Source: Gemmatimonadota bacterium (GTDB lineage: Bacteria > Gemmatimonadota > Gemmatimonadetes > Palauibacterales > Palauibacteraceae). Taken from it: DNA of 64,000 bases. Location of the stretch: assembly GCA_963666735.1 (NCBI GenBank), contig OY762926.1, positions 960,001-1,024,000 of the forward strand, written 5' to 3'. This document shows positions 41,546 through 54,545 of this stretch, one piece after another (the stretch's first letter is position 1; every line of letters starts with the position of its first letter). Below the pieces are notes generated by a model, which searched no databases, had not been told where the DNA came from, and was given only the letters and a program-made list of their open reading frames with translations. The position numbers and the translations under genes were made by a program.

Positions 41546-41679
41546 ATCGGAAAGTGTCTCACATTCGTTGGCAGGTTCCGGGGCGGTTGTGTAGGTGTTC
41601 AGGTATCGTTCGAGAATACCGAGCTTTTGCGTCGTCCAGCTTCCGCCGAACGCGGGCGTCGCACCGAGGCTTGTGAGGA

Positions 41680-42459
41680 TCACTGACATCGCTCCGTCGG
41701 AAACCCATTCCACTCTCGCCCCTCTAGTTCGCGTCCCCCGGATTTTGGTGTGCGCCCGCCCCACTGCTTGAAGAAAAACGGGATTTCGGCCGCCAAGCAC
41801 TCGTCGCGAATCGCCGTCACCCAACGAGGATCTATGGGTCGGTGGCCCGGTCCGCTTTCTCCCCCGACGATGACCCAGTGGATCTCACCCGGACTCCAGA
41901 CGTTGCACAGCCTGAGCGGTCCGATTAGCGGTTCGCAGCTCAGGAAGCGCACCGTCGCGGGGACGGCCTCTAGGTGCCGCACGCGGTATGCCGTCTTCTG
42001 GTTCTCGGTCGATGTGCCGATCCAGATATGCGGAGGAAGCCCCGCTTTCCCGAACAGATCCGTGTTGCGACGGATGAACCGGGCGGCCCGGGCGGGGCGC
42101 TTCGTCAGCACTTGGTATGTATGCCTGTCCACATCCAGCATCACCCGGAACGATTCCCGCACGAACTCATTTGGGACGTGCTTGTGGAACAGGTCCGACA
42201 TCGAATTGACGAAGACCACCCGCGGCTCCCTCCAACGTGCGGGCTGCGCCAGCCGTTCCGGCCAGATTCTGACGGCAAATGGGTCGGCCCGGTTCTCGGG
42301 CGTGTCCACGACCGGGAGGCGGCGTGTGTAGGTCTGGTGAAGGAGCCGACGAGAGAGAGCGTCCGCGTAGCAGTTGTCACAACCCTCGGACACCCGCGTG
42401 CAGCCCGTAGTGGGGTTCCACGTGACCTCTGTCCACTCGATCGATGTGCGCTGGCCCAT
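41680..42459 (-). CDS. DUF5131 / phage Gp37-Gp68 family three-Cys (radical-SAM-like) protein
   Basis: TSIEWTEVTWNPTTGCTRVSEGCDNCYA (CX6CX2C), FVNSMSDLFH, QVLTKR, FLSCEPL, WVIVGGESG, FFFKQWGG. Confidence 0.93.
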   Translation of the reverse strand: MGQRTSIEWTEVTWNPTTGCTRVSEGCDNCYADALSRRLLHQTYTRRLPVVDTPENRADPFAVRIWPERLAQPARWREPRVVFVNSMSDLFHKHVPNEFVRESFRVMLDVDRHTYQVLTKRPARAARFIRRNTDLFGKAGLPPHIWIGTSTENQKTAYRVRHLEAVPATVRFLSCEPLIGPLRLCNVWSPGEIHWVIVGGESGPGHRPIDPRWVTAIRDECLAAEIPFFFKQWGGRTPKSGGRELEGREWNGFPTERCQ

Positions 42460-42579
42460 GGATCCATTCCGTCGCAACGATAACCTCTCGGCGTGCTCTC
42501 GCACTGCAAAACCGAACACACACCGAACACCTTGTGTACGTGAAGGTATCAACTCCGGCTCCTTCGCGCCATCCGCAAG

Positions 42580-43574
42580 AGATCGAACTCGCGGCCGTGC
42601 GCCCGCCTGCCCGCACGTTGAGTCTTTCTGCCGAGGCGGTGATTGACGGTAACGAGGGGCGGCCGGTTGCCATCGTCTTCGGTCCCGAGAACGGCGCGGT
42701 CTCCGAGGCCATGGTGTTCGAGGCCGCGAAGGAGGCCTCCGCGAAGGAATACAGCCACCTATACGTCATCGGCTTCGCCATCCAGCCGGACGCGCGACGG
42801 CTGGTCGAGGATTGCGAACGGGCGGTCGGAGTCCCTGCGACGTACGCTCAGGCAAGTATGGACCTGATCATGAAGGACCTGCTGAAGAACCTCCGATCAA
42901 GCCAGATCTTCTCGGTGTGCGGTCTACCGGACGTGCGGATCAGGAGGGAAACGAAGAATGGGTACCGGGTCGAACTGCGCGGGCTCGACGTATTTGATCC
43001 CGTGGAGATGAACTCCGATCACCGCGACGGGCAGGATGTTCCCGCTTGGTTCCTGGATACGGACTACAACGGCCTGTGCTTTCATGTCTGCCAAGCGTTT
43101 TTCCCTCGCACATCCGCGTGGGCGGCGCTCAAGAAGTCGTTGCGAGGAGAGTTTGACGAAAGCGTGTGGGCGCATCTCTCAGGCACGGTCAGCACCCTCT
43201 TCGAAGCGGGTGGGCGCGGCCAGATCGCGGTTAAGGTCGTCGACGACCGTGGCAACGACCTGGACAGGCACGACCTCGTCCACTCGTTCGTCAAGAACGC
43301 GGGCCTCGGCTTCTCGATTCCTTATCTGCACAACGGCGAGCACCGAGAATACCTGCCCGGCTTCATCGTTCGACTGGCAGGTTCCGATGAGCGTTACCTG
43401 ATTCTGGAGACCAAGGGCTACGACCCGCTCAAGGAAGTGAAGGAGCAGGCCGCGAACCGCTGGGTTCGAGCGGTCAACGGTACTGCCGCGTTCGGATCGT
43501 GGAGCTACGCGATGGTGTCCGACATGAACATCGTGGCGGACGTCGTTACTCGCGCGGCTGCGGGCTCATCGTAA
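42580..43574 (+). pseudogene. Type III-like RM remnant: DNA methyltransferase C-terminus fused in frame to restriction endonuclease C-terminus
   Basis: FGPENG, GLDVFDP, WFLDTDYNG, IAVKVVDDRGN (Mod C-terminus), then FVKNAGLGFSIPY...YLPGFIVRL...LILETKG...RWVRAVN (Res nuclease end). No MTase catalytic or helicase motifs and no clear start. Confidence 0.72.
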
Positions 43575-43784
43575 ACGCGGCTCCCAGGACGGCGATCAAG
43601 GCGAGAAGCCGAGGCGTTCCCGCTACGCTCCAGTCGAATCGCCAACGTTGGCTCTCCGCTGAGGCACCTCACCTACCGTTGAACGTGTTAGCGTCGCTTA
43701 CACGTCGACACATCGCCCGGTGGGATTAGTCAAGGATCACTTGACAACTCTGTCGTCTTCGGTGTGCTGCCGCACGGTACCGGG

Positions 43785-45625
43785 TCAGCGCTCCTCAAAC
43801 ACGGCGGCGGCGCGGTCGACCTCGTGCCCCGGCGTGCTGACCAGGGCACCCGCGACATGACGCCGCACCGCTTCCAGCACGTCGCGAGCTACGATAACAC
43901 CCTCCCGCGCGGCGGCTTCGGTTCCGCGCTCCTGCGCTCGCGCCATTCGCTCGAGCACCTCGGGCGGCACGTCGACGCCCGGCACCTCATGCGCCAGAAA
44001 CTCGGCGTTCTCCAGCGACAGAGGGGGCCAGAGCCCCGCGAGGATCGGCACGCCGAAGTCTTCGATCTCGCGCGCGAAGGCGAGAAACCTCTCCGCGTCG
44101 AAGATGGACTGGGTGACGGCGAAATCCGCGCCCGCCTCGGCCTTCCAGGCGAAGCGCCGGATCTCCTCCTCCGGGTCGACGGCTCCCGGATTCACGGCAA
44201 CCCCCTTCACGAACGGGGTCGGGGCGCCGATCGAGCTCCCTCCCGGATCGAGCCCGAGGTTCAACTGCCGCACGACGTTGGTGAGTCCGATGCTGTCGAT
44301 GTCGTACACGCCGCCCGTGTCGTAGGGTCCGCCGCGCGGGGGATCGCCGGTGATGAGGAAAACGTTGCGGAGACCGGCCGCGGCGGCGCCGAGGAGGTCG
44401 CTCAGCATGCCGAGCATGTTGCGGTCGCGGCAGCCGTAGTGCGGGACGGTCTCCATGCCGAGTTCGCGTTCGATGACGATCGCGGCGGGGAGCGAGGCGA
44501 TGCGGCTCCTGTGCGCGGGGCCGTCGACGATGTGGACGGTGTGCGCGCCGGCGTCGCGGAGGCGGCCGGCGCCCGCCAGCAGTTCGCCCGGATCCCACCC
44601 GTGGGGCGGCGTCAACTCCACCGCACGGACGAACTCGCCGCGCGCGAGACGGCGGCCGAGGGCCGAGCGGTCGGCGAGCGGAGGCGGCTCGGCCGCCCCC
44701 TGGCCACCCCCGTCGCTCGGGGAGGAGACGGACACGCGAGCCGGCCCGGGTCCGCGGGTCCCCAGCAGCGTCGCGGTCAGGCGCGTGTGTTCGGGCGACG
44801 TGCCGCAGCACCCGCCCACGAAGCGGGCGCCCGCCCCCGCCATCCGCCGGGCGTAGCGGGCCATGTACTCCGGACTCGCGAGGTACATCTTCCGGTCCCC
44901 GATGTCGCGCGGCAGCCCCGCGTTGGGCAAGGCGGACACCGGGCGCGATGTGGCCGCCGCCATGCGTTCCACGCCGAACAGCATGGAGGAGGGACCCACC
45001 GAGCAGTTGAGGCCGATGACGTCCGCTCCGGCCTCCTCCAGCGCCGCCGCCGCGGCTTCGATCGTGGCGCCGTATTCCGTGTGGCCCGCGTCGCCGAACG
45101 TCATCTGCGCGAAGACCGGCGCGACGCCCGCCACCGTCCGCACCGCCCGCACCGCCTGCAGCAGTTCGTCGAGATCGGAGAACGTCTCGAGCATGAAGCC
45201 GTCGACGCCGCCTTCCGCGAGCGCGGCGACCTGCCGCCCGAAGAGGCCGGCCGCCTCGTCCACCGAGGTGGGACCCCACGGTTCGATGCGAATCCCGAGC
45301 GGGCCGATCGCCCCCAATACTTCGGCGCGCTCGCCGGCCGCCTGCCGGGCCAGGCGCGCGGCCGTCACGTTGATCTCGTGCGCGGACGGCTCGAGGCCGA
45401 ACGGTTCCAGTTTGACGGGGTTCGCTCCGAAGGTGTTCGTCTCGATGAGTTGCGCCCCCGCCCGCACGTAGTCGGCGTGGACGCCCAGCACGAGGTCGGG
45501 CTCCGAGAGGTTCAGTTCGTCGTAGCACTGGTTCACGAACACGCCGCTCTCGTACAGCACGGTCCCCATCGCGCCGTCGATCAAGTGGACCTCGTCTCCC
45601 CCGATCCGCTCCCGCAGCCGGTCGC

Positions 45626-45629
<4 letters not shown>
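43785..45629 (-). CDS. Bifunctional homocysteine S-methyltransferase / methylenetetrahydrofolate reductase (YitJ-like)
   Basis: [28 protein letters not shown], then [24 protein letters not shown]. Confidence 0.92.
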
Positions 45630-49438
<3,809 letters not shown>

Positions 49439-49441
49439 CCC

Positions 49442-49481
49442 AAAAAAAAGGCCCGGCCGCCAAAGAATCGCGCCCGGAGCG
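49442..49481 (-). terminator. Terminator-like expression platform downstream of the SAM-II aptamer
   Basis: Imperfect GC hairpin (GCTCCGGGCGC / GCGGCCGGGCC) followed by T8 on the minus strand. Confidence 0.55.
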
Positions 49482-49486
49482 TGGCT

Positions 49487-49535
49487 CTTTAGCGATTGTT
49501 TTGCGTGGCTGCAATCCGCCTCAAATCACCACGTC
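49487..49535 (-). ncRNA. SAM-II (SAM_alpha) riboswitch
   Basis: Minus strand CGTGGTGATTTG-AGGCGGA-TTGCAGCCACG-CAAAACAATCGCTAAAG fits the SAM-II pseudoknot consensus; directly upstream of metH. Confidence 0.85.
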
Positions 49536-49636
49536 CGGATTCCCCGGAAACATCCAAGCTAGTGCCCTTCGAACTCCGGGGAAACTTGGATCGGACTCCA
49601 TTAAACGGTGGGGAGGGAAGACGTGTCTGGCCTTAC

Positions 49637-52432
49637 ATGCAAAACTGGCGTCTGGCGGGCCGCGCGGCGTTCCTCCCCGCGGCTCTCGCAATAAATGGGG
49701 TGGGGTGGGGGCTTTCCGGGCAGGAGACGCTCTCGCCGCCCGAAGGGCCGGAGGCGACCGTCTTCAGGGGCGGCGTGGCGCCGGTGGCCGTGGAGGCCGT
49801 GCGCCGCGAGGGCGCGCTCTCGATCGACGGCCGGCTCGACGACCCGGCCTGGCAGCCGGCTCCCATCATCACCGACTTCGTCCAGGGCGTGCCGCTGGAG
49901 GGCGGGGAGCCATCCCAGCCGACCGAGGTCCGGGTCGTGTTCGACGACGGCGCGATCTACGTCGCCGCCCGCATGTACGAGGACGACCCGGGCGTGATCC
50001 GCGCGCGCCTCACCCGCCGGGATGAACGGGGCTCCTTCGATTCCTTCAAGCTCTCGCTCGATCCCAACCGGGACGGTCTGACCGGCTACGAGTTCGAGGT
50101 CAGCGCCGCTGGCGCGGAGACCGACCGGTACCTGTTCGGCGACACGCAGGAGGACACGAATTGGGACGCGATCTGGGACTCCGGCGTCCAGGTCGACGAT
50201 CAGGGGTGGACGGTCGAGATGCGGATCCCGCTTTCCCAGATCCGTTACGAAGCCCGTCCCGGCCTGCAAACGTGGGGGATCAACTTCGAGCGGCGGCGCC
50301 TCGAGACGAACGAGACCGACTACTTCGCCCTCCAGTCGCGCACGGCCCGGGGGCGGGTCAGCCAGTTCGGCACGATCGACGGACTGCATCTCCCGCAGTC
50401 GAGCCGCAGGTTCGAGGTGCGGCCCTTCGCCGTGTCCCAGTACCACACCGCGCCCGCGACGGCGGGGAACCCCCTGTTCGACGGCAGCGAGATGGAACCC
50501 CGCGGCGGCCTGGACATGAGCATGGGGATCGGCTCCGCATTCAGCCTCGATGCGACGGTCTACCCCGATTTCGGCCAGGTGGAGGTGGACCCCGAGGTCA
50601 TCAACCTCACGGCGTTCGAGACCTTCTTCCCGGAGAAGCGTCCCTTCTTCGTGCGCGACGCGCAGATTTTCACCTTCGCCGGCTCCCGCGGCGGCCGCTT
50701 CGGCGGCGGCAAGGCCCTCTTCTTCAGCCGGCGGATCGGTCGCGAGCCGCGGGGATCCGGGCCCTACGAGGCCGACTACCGCGAGACGCCGCATCTGACC
50801 TCGATCCTCGGAGCCGCGAAGCTGACCGGACGCACGACCGGCGGTCTCTCGGTCGGGGCGTTGGCGGCGGTGACCGGACAGGAGAGCGGGCAGGCATACT
50901 TCGCACCGCACGATTCCCTGGGCCGGTTCGTGGCCGAACCGCAGGCCGAGCATGCGGTGCTGAGGCTGCAACAGGACTTTCGCGGGGGCGCCAGCAAGGT
51001 CGGTGTCATCGGCACCGGGCTGAAGCGGGAACTGCCGGGCGACGGATCGTTCGATTTCCTCCCCTCGGAGGCGTTCAGTTTCGGGCTCGATTTCGAGCAT
51101 CAGTGGGGCGGACGGCGCGGTCGCGACTATCGTCTGTGGGGCTTCTACTCAGGCAGCCTCGTCCAGGGTTCGACCGAGGCGCTCGCGCGGCTGCAGCATA
51201 GTCCGATCCATTATTTCCAGCGTCCGGACGCCACGTATCTCGCGGTCGACTCGACGGCCACGTCGATCTTCGGGAGCGACTGGCGCGTGCAACTCGAGAA
51301 GGAGGGCGAGCACTGGACCTGGGGCACGTGGGCGGGCCAGCAGACCCCCGGCTTCGAGGTCAACGACTTCGGTTTCCTGACCTCCGGTGAGCGGCTCGAC
51401 GTGGGAGCTCGTGTCGGATATCGGGAGATTAGACCGGGCAACCTTTTCCGCAACTACAACATAAGCCTCTTCACCTACCACAACTTCCGTCATTCGCTGC
51501 TGGAGAAGGTGCGGGGTCCGGACCACTTCCGCCGGTCCTACGACACGGGAGCCGCGTGGATGAGCGGAAGGTTCACCTTCCTTAACAACTGGGCCTTCAA
51601 CCTCAATTTCTCGTATTCGCCCGAGTCCCAGTCCGACACGCAGACCCGCGGCGGTCCGCTGATGACCGAACCCGCGGAGTTCAACGTGCGCGTGGACGCG
51701 AACACGGATCGGAGCCGCGCCTTCCACGTGTCGCCGCGTTTCTCGTACCGCGTGGCGGCGCAGGGGCGAGGGCACGACTTCAACACGGGCCTGAACATCT
51801 CCTTCCGGCCGCTCCCGAACTGGCGCTTCTCGCTGGGCCCGAACTACACGGACAGGCGGGATGCGGCGCAGTACGTGACGCGCTCGGACGTGCTGGACTA
51901 CGCACCGACGTACGGCACCCGGTACCTGTTCGGGGATCTCCGCCGGACGGGATTCTCGATGGAGACCCGGCTGAACGTGTCGTTCACGCCCGACCTCAGC
52001 CTCCAGCTCTATGCGCAGCCGCTGCTCTCCGCGGGCGACTACCTCGGCTACCGACAGCTCGAAGCCCCCGGATCGTTCGACTTCGTCGAATACGGCGAGG
52101 GGCGGGCCCATCGCTTCAACGGCGTCGTCACCGGATGCACGGACGGGACGACGTGCGCCTTCGGCGGCTCGCGCTACTTCGACTTCGACGGGGACGGCAC
52201 GCTGGACTACTCCACGCGTGACCGCGACTTCAACATCCGTTCCCTGCGAGGCAACGCGGTGTTCCGCTGGGAATACCGCCCCGGTTCCGAACTCTTTCTC
52301 GTGTGGCAGCACGCGCGCCGCGACAGCGTCCTGCTCGGCAACTTCGACCTCAATCGAGACCTCGAGGGACTGTTCCTCGCGCCCGCCGAGAACGTGTTCA
52401 TCGTGAAGGTGAGCCACTACCTCTCGATCTGA
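49637..52432 (+). CDS. CBM9-like + DUF5916 outer-membrane protein
   Basis: IDGRLDDPAW, GWTVEMRIP, PDFGQVEVD...FETFFPEKRPFF, FFSRRIG, RWEYRPGS. Confidence 0.85.
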   Translation: MQNWRLAGRAAFLPAALAINGVGWGLSGQETLSPPEGPEATVFRGGVAPVAVEAVRREGALSIDGRLDDPAWQPAPIITDFVQGVPLEGGEPSQPTEVRVVFDDGAIYVAARMYEDDPGVIRARLTRRDERGSFDSFKLSLDPNRDGLTGYEFEVSAAGAETDRYLFGDTQEDTNWDAIWDSGVQVDDQGWTVEMRIPLSQIRYEARPGLQTWGINFERRRLETNETDYFALQSRTARGRVSQFGTIDGLHLPQSSRRFEVRPFAVSQYHTAPATAGNPLFDGSEMEPRGGLDMSMGIGSAFSLDATVYPDFGQVEVDPEVINLTAFETFFPEKRPFFVRDAQIFTFAGSRGGRFGGGKALFFSRRIGREPRGSGPYEADYRETPHLTSILGAAKLTGRTTGGLSVGALAAVTGQESGQAYFAPHDSLGRFVAEPQAEHAVLRLQQDFRGGASKVGVIGTGLKRELPGDGSFDFLPSEAFSFGLDFEHQWGGRRGRDYRLWGFYSGSLVQGSTEALARLQHSPIHYFQRPDATYLAVDSTATSIFGSDWRVQLEKEGEHWTWGTWAGQQTPGFEVNDFGFLTSGERLDVGARVGYREIRPGNLFRNYNISLFTYHNFRHSLLEKVRGPDHFRRSYDTGAAWMSGRFTFLNNWAFNLNFSYSPESQSDTQTRGGPLMTEPAEFNVRVDANTDRSRAFHVSPRFSYRVAAQGRGHDFNTGLNISFRPLPNWRFSLGPNYTDRRDAAQYVTRSDVLDYAPTYGTRYLFGDLRRTGFSMETRLNVSFTPDLSLQLYAQPLLSAGDYLGYRQLEAPGSFDFVEYGEGRAHRFNGVVTGCTDGTTCAFGGSRYFDFDGDGTLDYSTRDRDFNIRSLRGNAVFRWEYRPGSELFLVWQHARRDSVLLGNFDLNRDLEGLFLAPAENVFIVKVSHYLSI

Positions 52433-52577
52433 CTCTCCAGCCGACTCTACAGCTGACGGCTCCCGCCCGGCTCGAATTCTGGCGCGACCGGTATCGCAAC
52501 GGCTAACGTCCCGCCTCCCGATGGGGTCTTGCCGCGGGGTCGACGCCGACCCCGCCCACCGCGCGGAGACGAACGCC

Positions 52578-53732
52578 TTGCCGACGAGCCCTCTGTGCCT
52601 GATGGAAGTCACGCTGCGGGAGATCGAACTCCCGCTCCGGGAGCGGTTCATCATCTCATCCGGCTGGGTCGAGAACCGCCGGATCCTGCTCCTCGAACTG
52701 CGCGACGAGAGCGGGGCCACGGCCTGGTCGGAGTGCGTGTGCGGGGAGCAGCCGAACTATTCTCCCGAGACCGTGGACACCGCGCGGCTGGCGTTGCGGC
52801 GCTGGCTTCTGCCGCGGGTGCTGGGACGGGAACTCGAGGGTCCGGAGGCGGTCAAGCCCCTTCTGGATGAGGGCGTTCAGGGCCACCCGATGGCCAAGGC
52901 CGCGATCGAGATGGGCATCTGGGGACTCGCCGCGGAGACGGCGGGCGTCTCGCTCTCCCGGCTCCTCGGCGGGACTCGGAACCGGGTGGCGACGGGCATC
53001 TCGCTCGGCCTCCAGCCTTCTCCCGCCGCACTCGTCGAAAAGGCGCGGCAGGCGGTCGACCAGGGCTACGGCAAGGTCAAGCTCAAGATCAGCCCGGATA
53101 AGGACATCGAATACGTCGGGGCGGTGCGTGAAGCGCTCGGGCCCGGCCGGGCCCTCGCGGTCGACGCGAACGCCGCGTACACGCTGGAGGACGCGGATCG
53201 CCTCGCGGAACTCGATGCGTTCGGCCTGATCATGATCGAGCAGCCGCTGGCGGCCGGCGACCTCGTGCGCCACGCCCGGCTCCGGGAGCGGCTCGCCACG
53301 CCCATCTGTCTGGACGAGTCGATCGTGGATCCCGCTTCGTGCGAGGACATGCTGGCGCTCGGCAGCGGGCGCATCGTGAACATCAAGCCGGGCCGGGTCG
53401 GCGGATTCCGGAACTCCCGCGAGATCCACGACATTTCGGCCAGGGCCGGGGTTCCGGTCTGGTGCGGCGGCATGCTGGAGAGCGGGATCGGCCGGGCTTA
53501 CAACGTCGCGCTCGCATCGCTGCCGAACTTCAGGCTTCCGGGCGATCTGTCGCCGAGCGCCCGCTACTGGGAACGCGACATCGTCGTCCCCGAGTGGACG
53601 ATGAGCGCGGACGGCTTCGTGACGGTGCCGCGCGACCGGCCGGGCCTGGGCGTGGACGTGGACATCGGGCGCGTGGCGGCGCTCACGCGGCGCAGCGAGA
53701 CGTTCGCCGCCGGCGTCCGCATCCCGGCGTGA
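52578..53732 (+). CDS. menC: o-Succinylbenzoate synthase / N-succinylamino acid racemase (enolase superfamily)
   Basis: PNYSPET, KVKLKI, VDANAAY, IEQPL, CLDESI, NIKPGRVGG, WCGGMLE, PGDLS. Confidence 0.88.
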   Translation: MPTSPLCLMEVTLREIELPLRERFIISSGWVENRRILLLELRDESGATAWSECVCGEQPNYSPETVDTARLALRRWLLPRVLGRELEGPEAVKPLLDEGVQGHPMAKAAIEMGIWGLAAETAGVSLSRLLGGTRNRVATGISLGLQPSPAALVEKARQAVDQGYGKVKLKISPDKDIEYVGAVREALGPGRALAVDANAAYTLEDADRLAELDAFGLIMIEQPLAAGDLVRHARLRERLATPICLDESIVDPASCEDMLALGSGRIVNIKPGRVGGFRNSREIHDISARAGVPVWCGGMLESGIGRAYNVALASLPNFRLPGDLSPSARYWERDIVVPEWTMSADGFVTVPRDRPGLGVDVDIGRVAALTRRSETFAAGVRIPA

Positions 53733-54541
53733 CGGAGTTCCGCCCGCTCGAGACTCTCGAGGAGTGGCGTGCGTGCGTGCGTCTGCAGGAGACAACATGG
53801 GGAAAGGGGTTCTCCGACATCGTGCCCGCCTCCGTGCTTCAGGTATCGCGGAAGATCGGTGGCTTCGCCGGAGGAGCGTTCGAGGACGGGCACATGATCG
53901 GCTTCGTCTATTCCCTCCTGGGACGGTTCGAGGGCATCCCGTCCCACTGGTCTCACATGCTCGCGGTCGAATCGTCCGCGCGCGGGCGCGGTCTCGGCCG
54001 CGATCTGAAGCTTTTTCAGCGGGAGTCCGTCCGCTCGGACGGCATCCGCACCATCTTCTGGACGTTCGATCCGCTGGTCGCGCGCAACGCACACTTGAAT
54101 CTGAACCGGCTCGGCGCGACGGTGCTGCGCTACGCGCCGAACATGTACGGCTCGGATACGGGGAGCCCCTTGCACGGCGGCGGCGAGACCGACCGGTTCA
54201 TCGTGCGCTGGGATCTCGACGGCCCGGAGACGCGCCGGGCCCTCGATGAGGGATCCCGGCGCTCGGCCCGGCGGCTCCACGCACCGCTTCCGGATCCGGC
54301 GTGCGTCGCAGCCCGGCCGGGAGGGAACGGCGCGGCGGACGGCGGACCGCCCCGGGGGGACGAGGTTTTCGTCGAGATCCCGGCGGACGTCGAATCGCTG
54401 CCCCATGACGGGTCGCTCGTGCGGTGGCGCGAAACGGTGCGGGACGCGTTCCTGGCCTATCTCAGGAGGGGATATGCGGTGGAGAGCCTTGTCAGAAATC
54501 CCTCGGCGAACCGGTGCTTCTATGTCCTGCGCCGGGACTGA
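53729..54541 (+). CDS. GNAT acyltransferase (N-succinyltransferase-like partner of NSAR)
   Basis: SHMLAV, RGRGLGRDLKLFQR, WTFDPLVARNAHLNLNRLGA, TDRFIVRW; GTGA-coupled to menC. Confidence 0.85.
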   Translation: MTEFRPLETLEEWRACVRLQETTWGKGFSDIVPASVLQVSRKIGGFAGGAFEDGHMIGFVYSLLGRFEGIPSHWSHMLAVESSARGRGLGRDLKLFQRESVRSDGIRTIFWTFDPLVARNAHLNLNRLGATVLRYAPNMYGSDTGSPLHGGGETDRFIVRWDLDGPETRRALDEGSRRSARRLHAPLPDPACVAARPGGNGAADGGPPRGDEVFVEIPADVESLPHDGSLVRWRETVRDAFLAYLRRGYAVESLVRNPSANRCFYVLRRD

Positions 54542-54545
54542 TGCC

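Larger units (their letters stand above)
39987..41580 (+). mobile_element. IS3-family insertion sequence, about 1594 bp
   Basis: Imperfect TIRs sharing CTGCCAAC-N6-GAGACAC; TSD GGG (or GGGC with left end at 39988); orfA/orfB in -1 phase. Confidence 0.9.
39205..41689 (-). pseudogene. tcmP: Three-Cys-motif partner protein TcmP (SAM-MTase-like), interrupted by IS3
   Basis: 41689-41581 (FGGSWTTQKLGILERYLNTYTTA) plus 39983-39205 (LKNQSFDLVYIDAFAGTG...GDAN-like ADAN, FVDPFG, DMWLLFP) rejoin to 888 nt, 295 aa. Confidence 0.88.

Noticed and set aside
43729..43745. GTCAAG-N5-CTTGAC palindrome at the island's right edge
   Set aside because: Lies between convergent genes, and I found no partner site at the left edge; cannot be called an att site.
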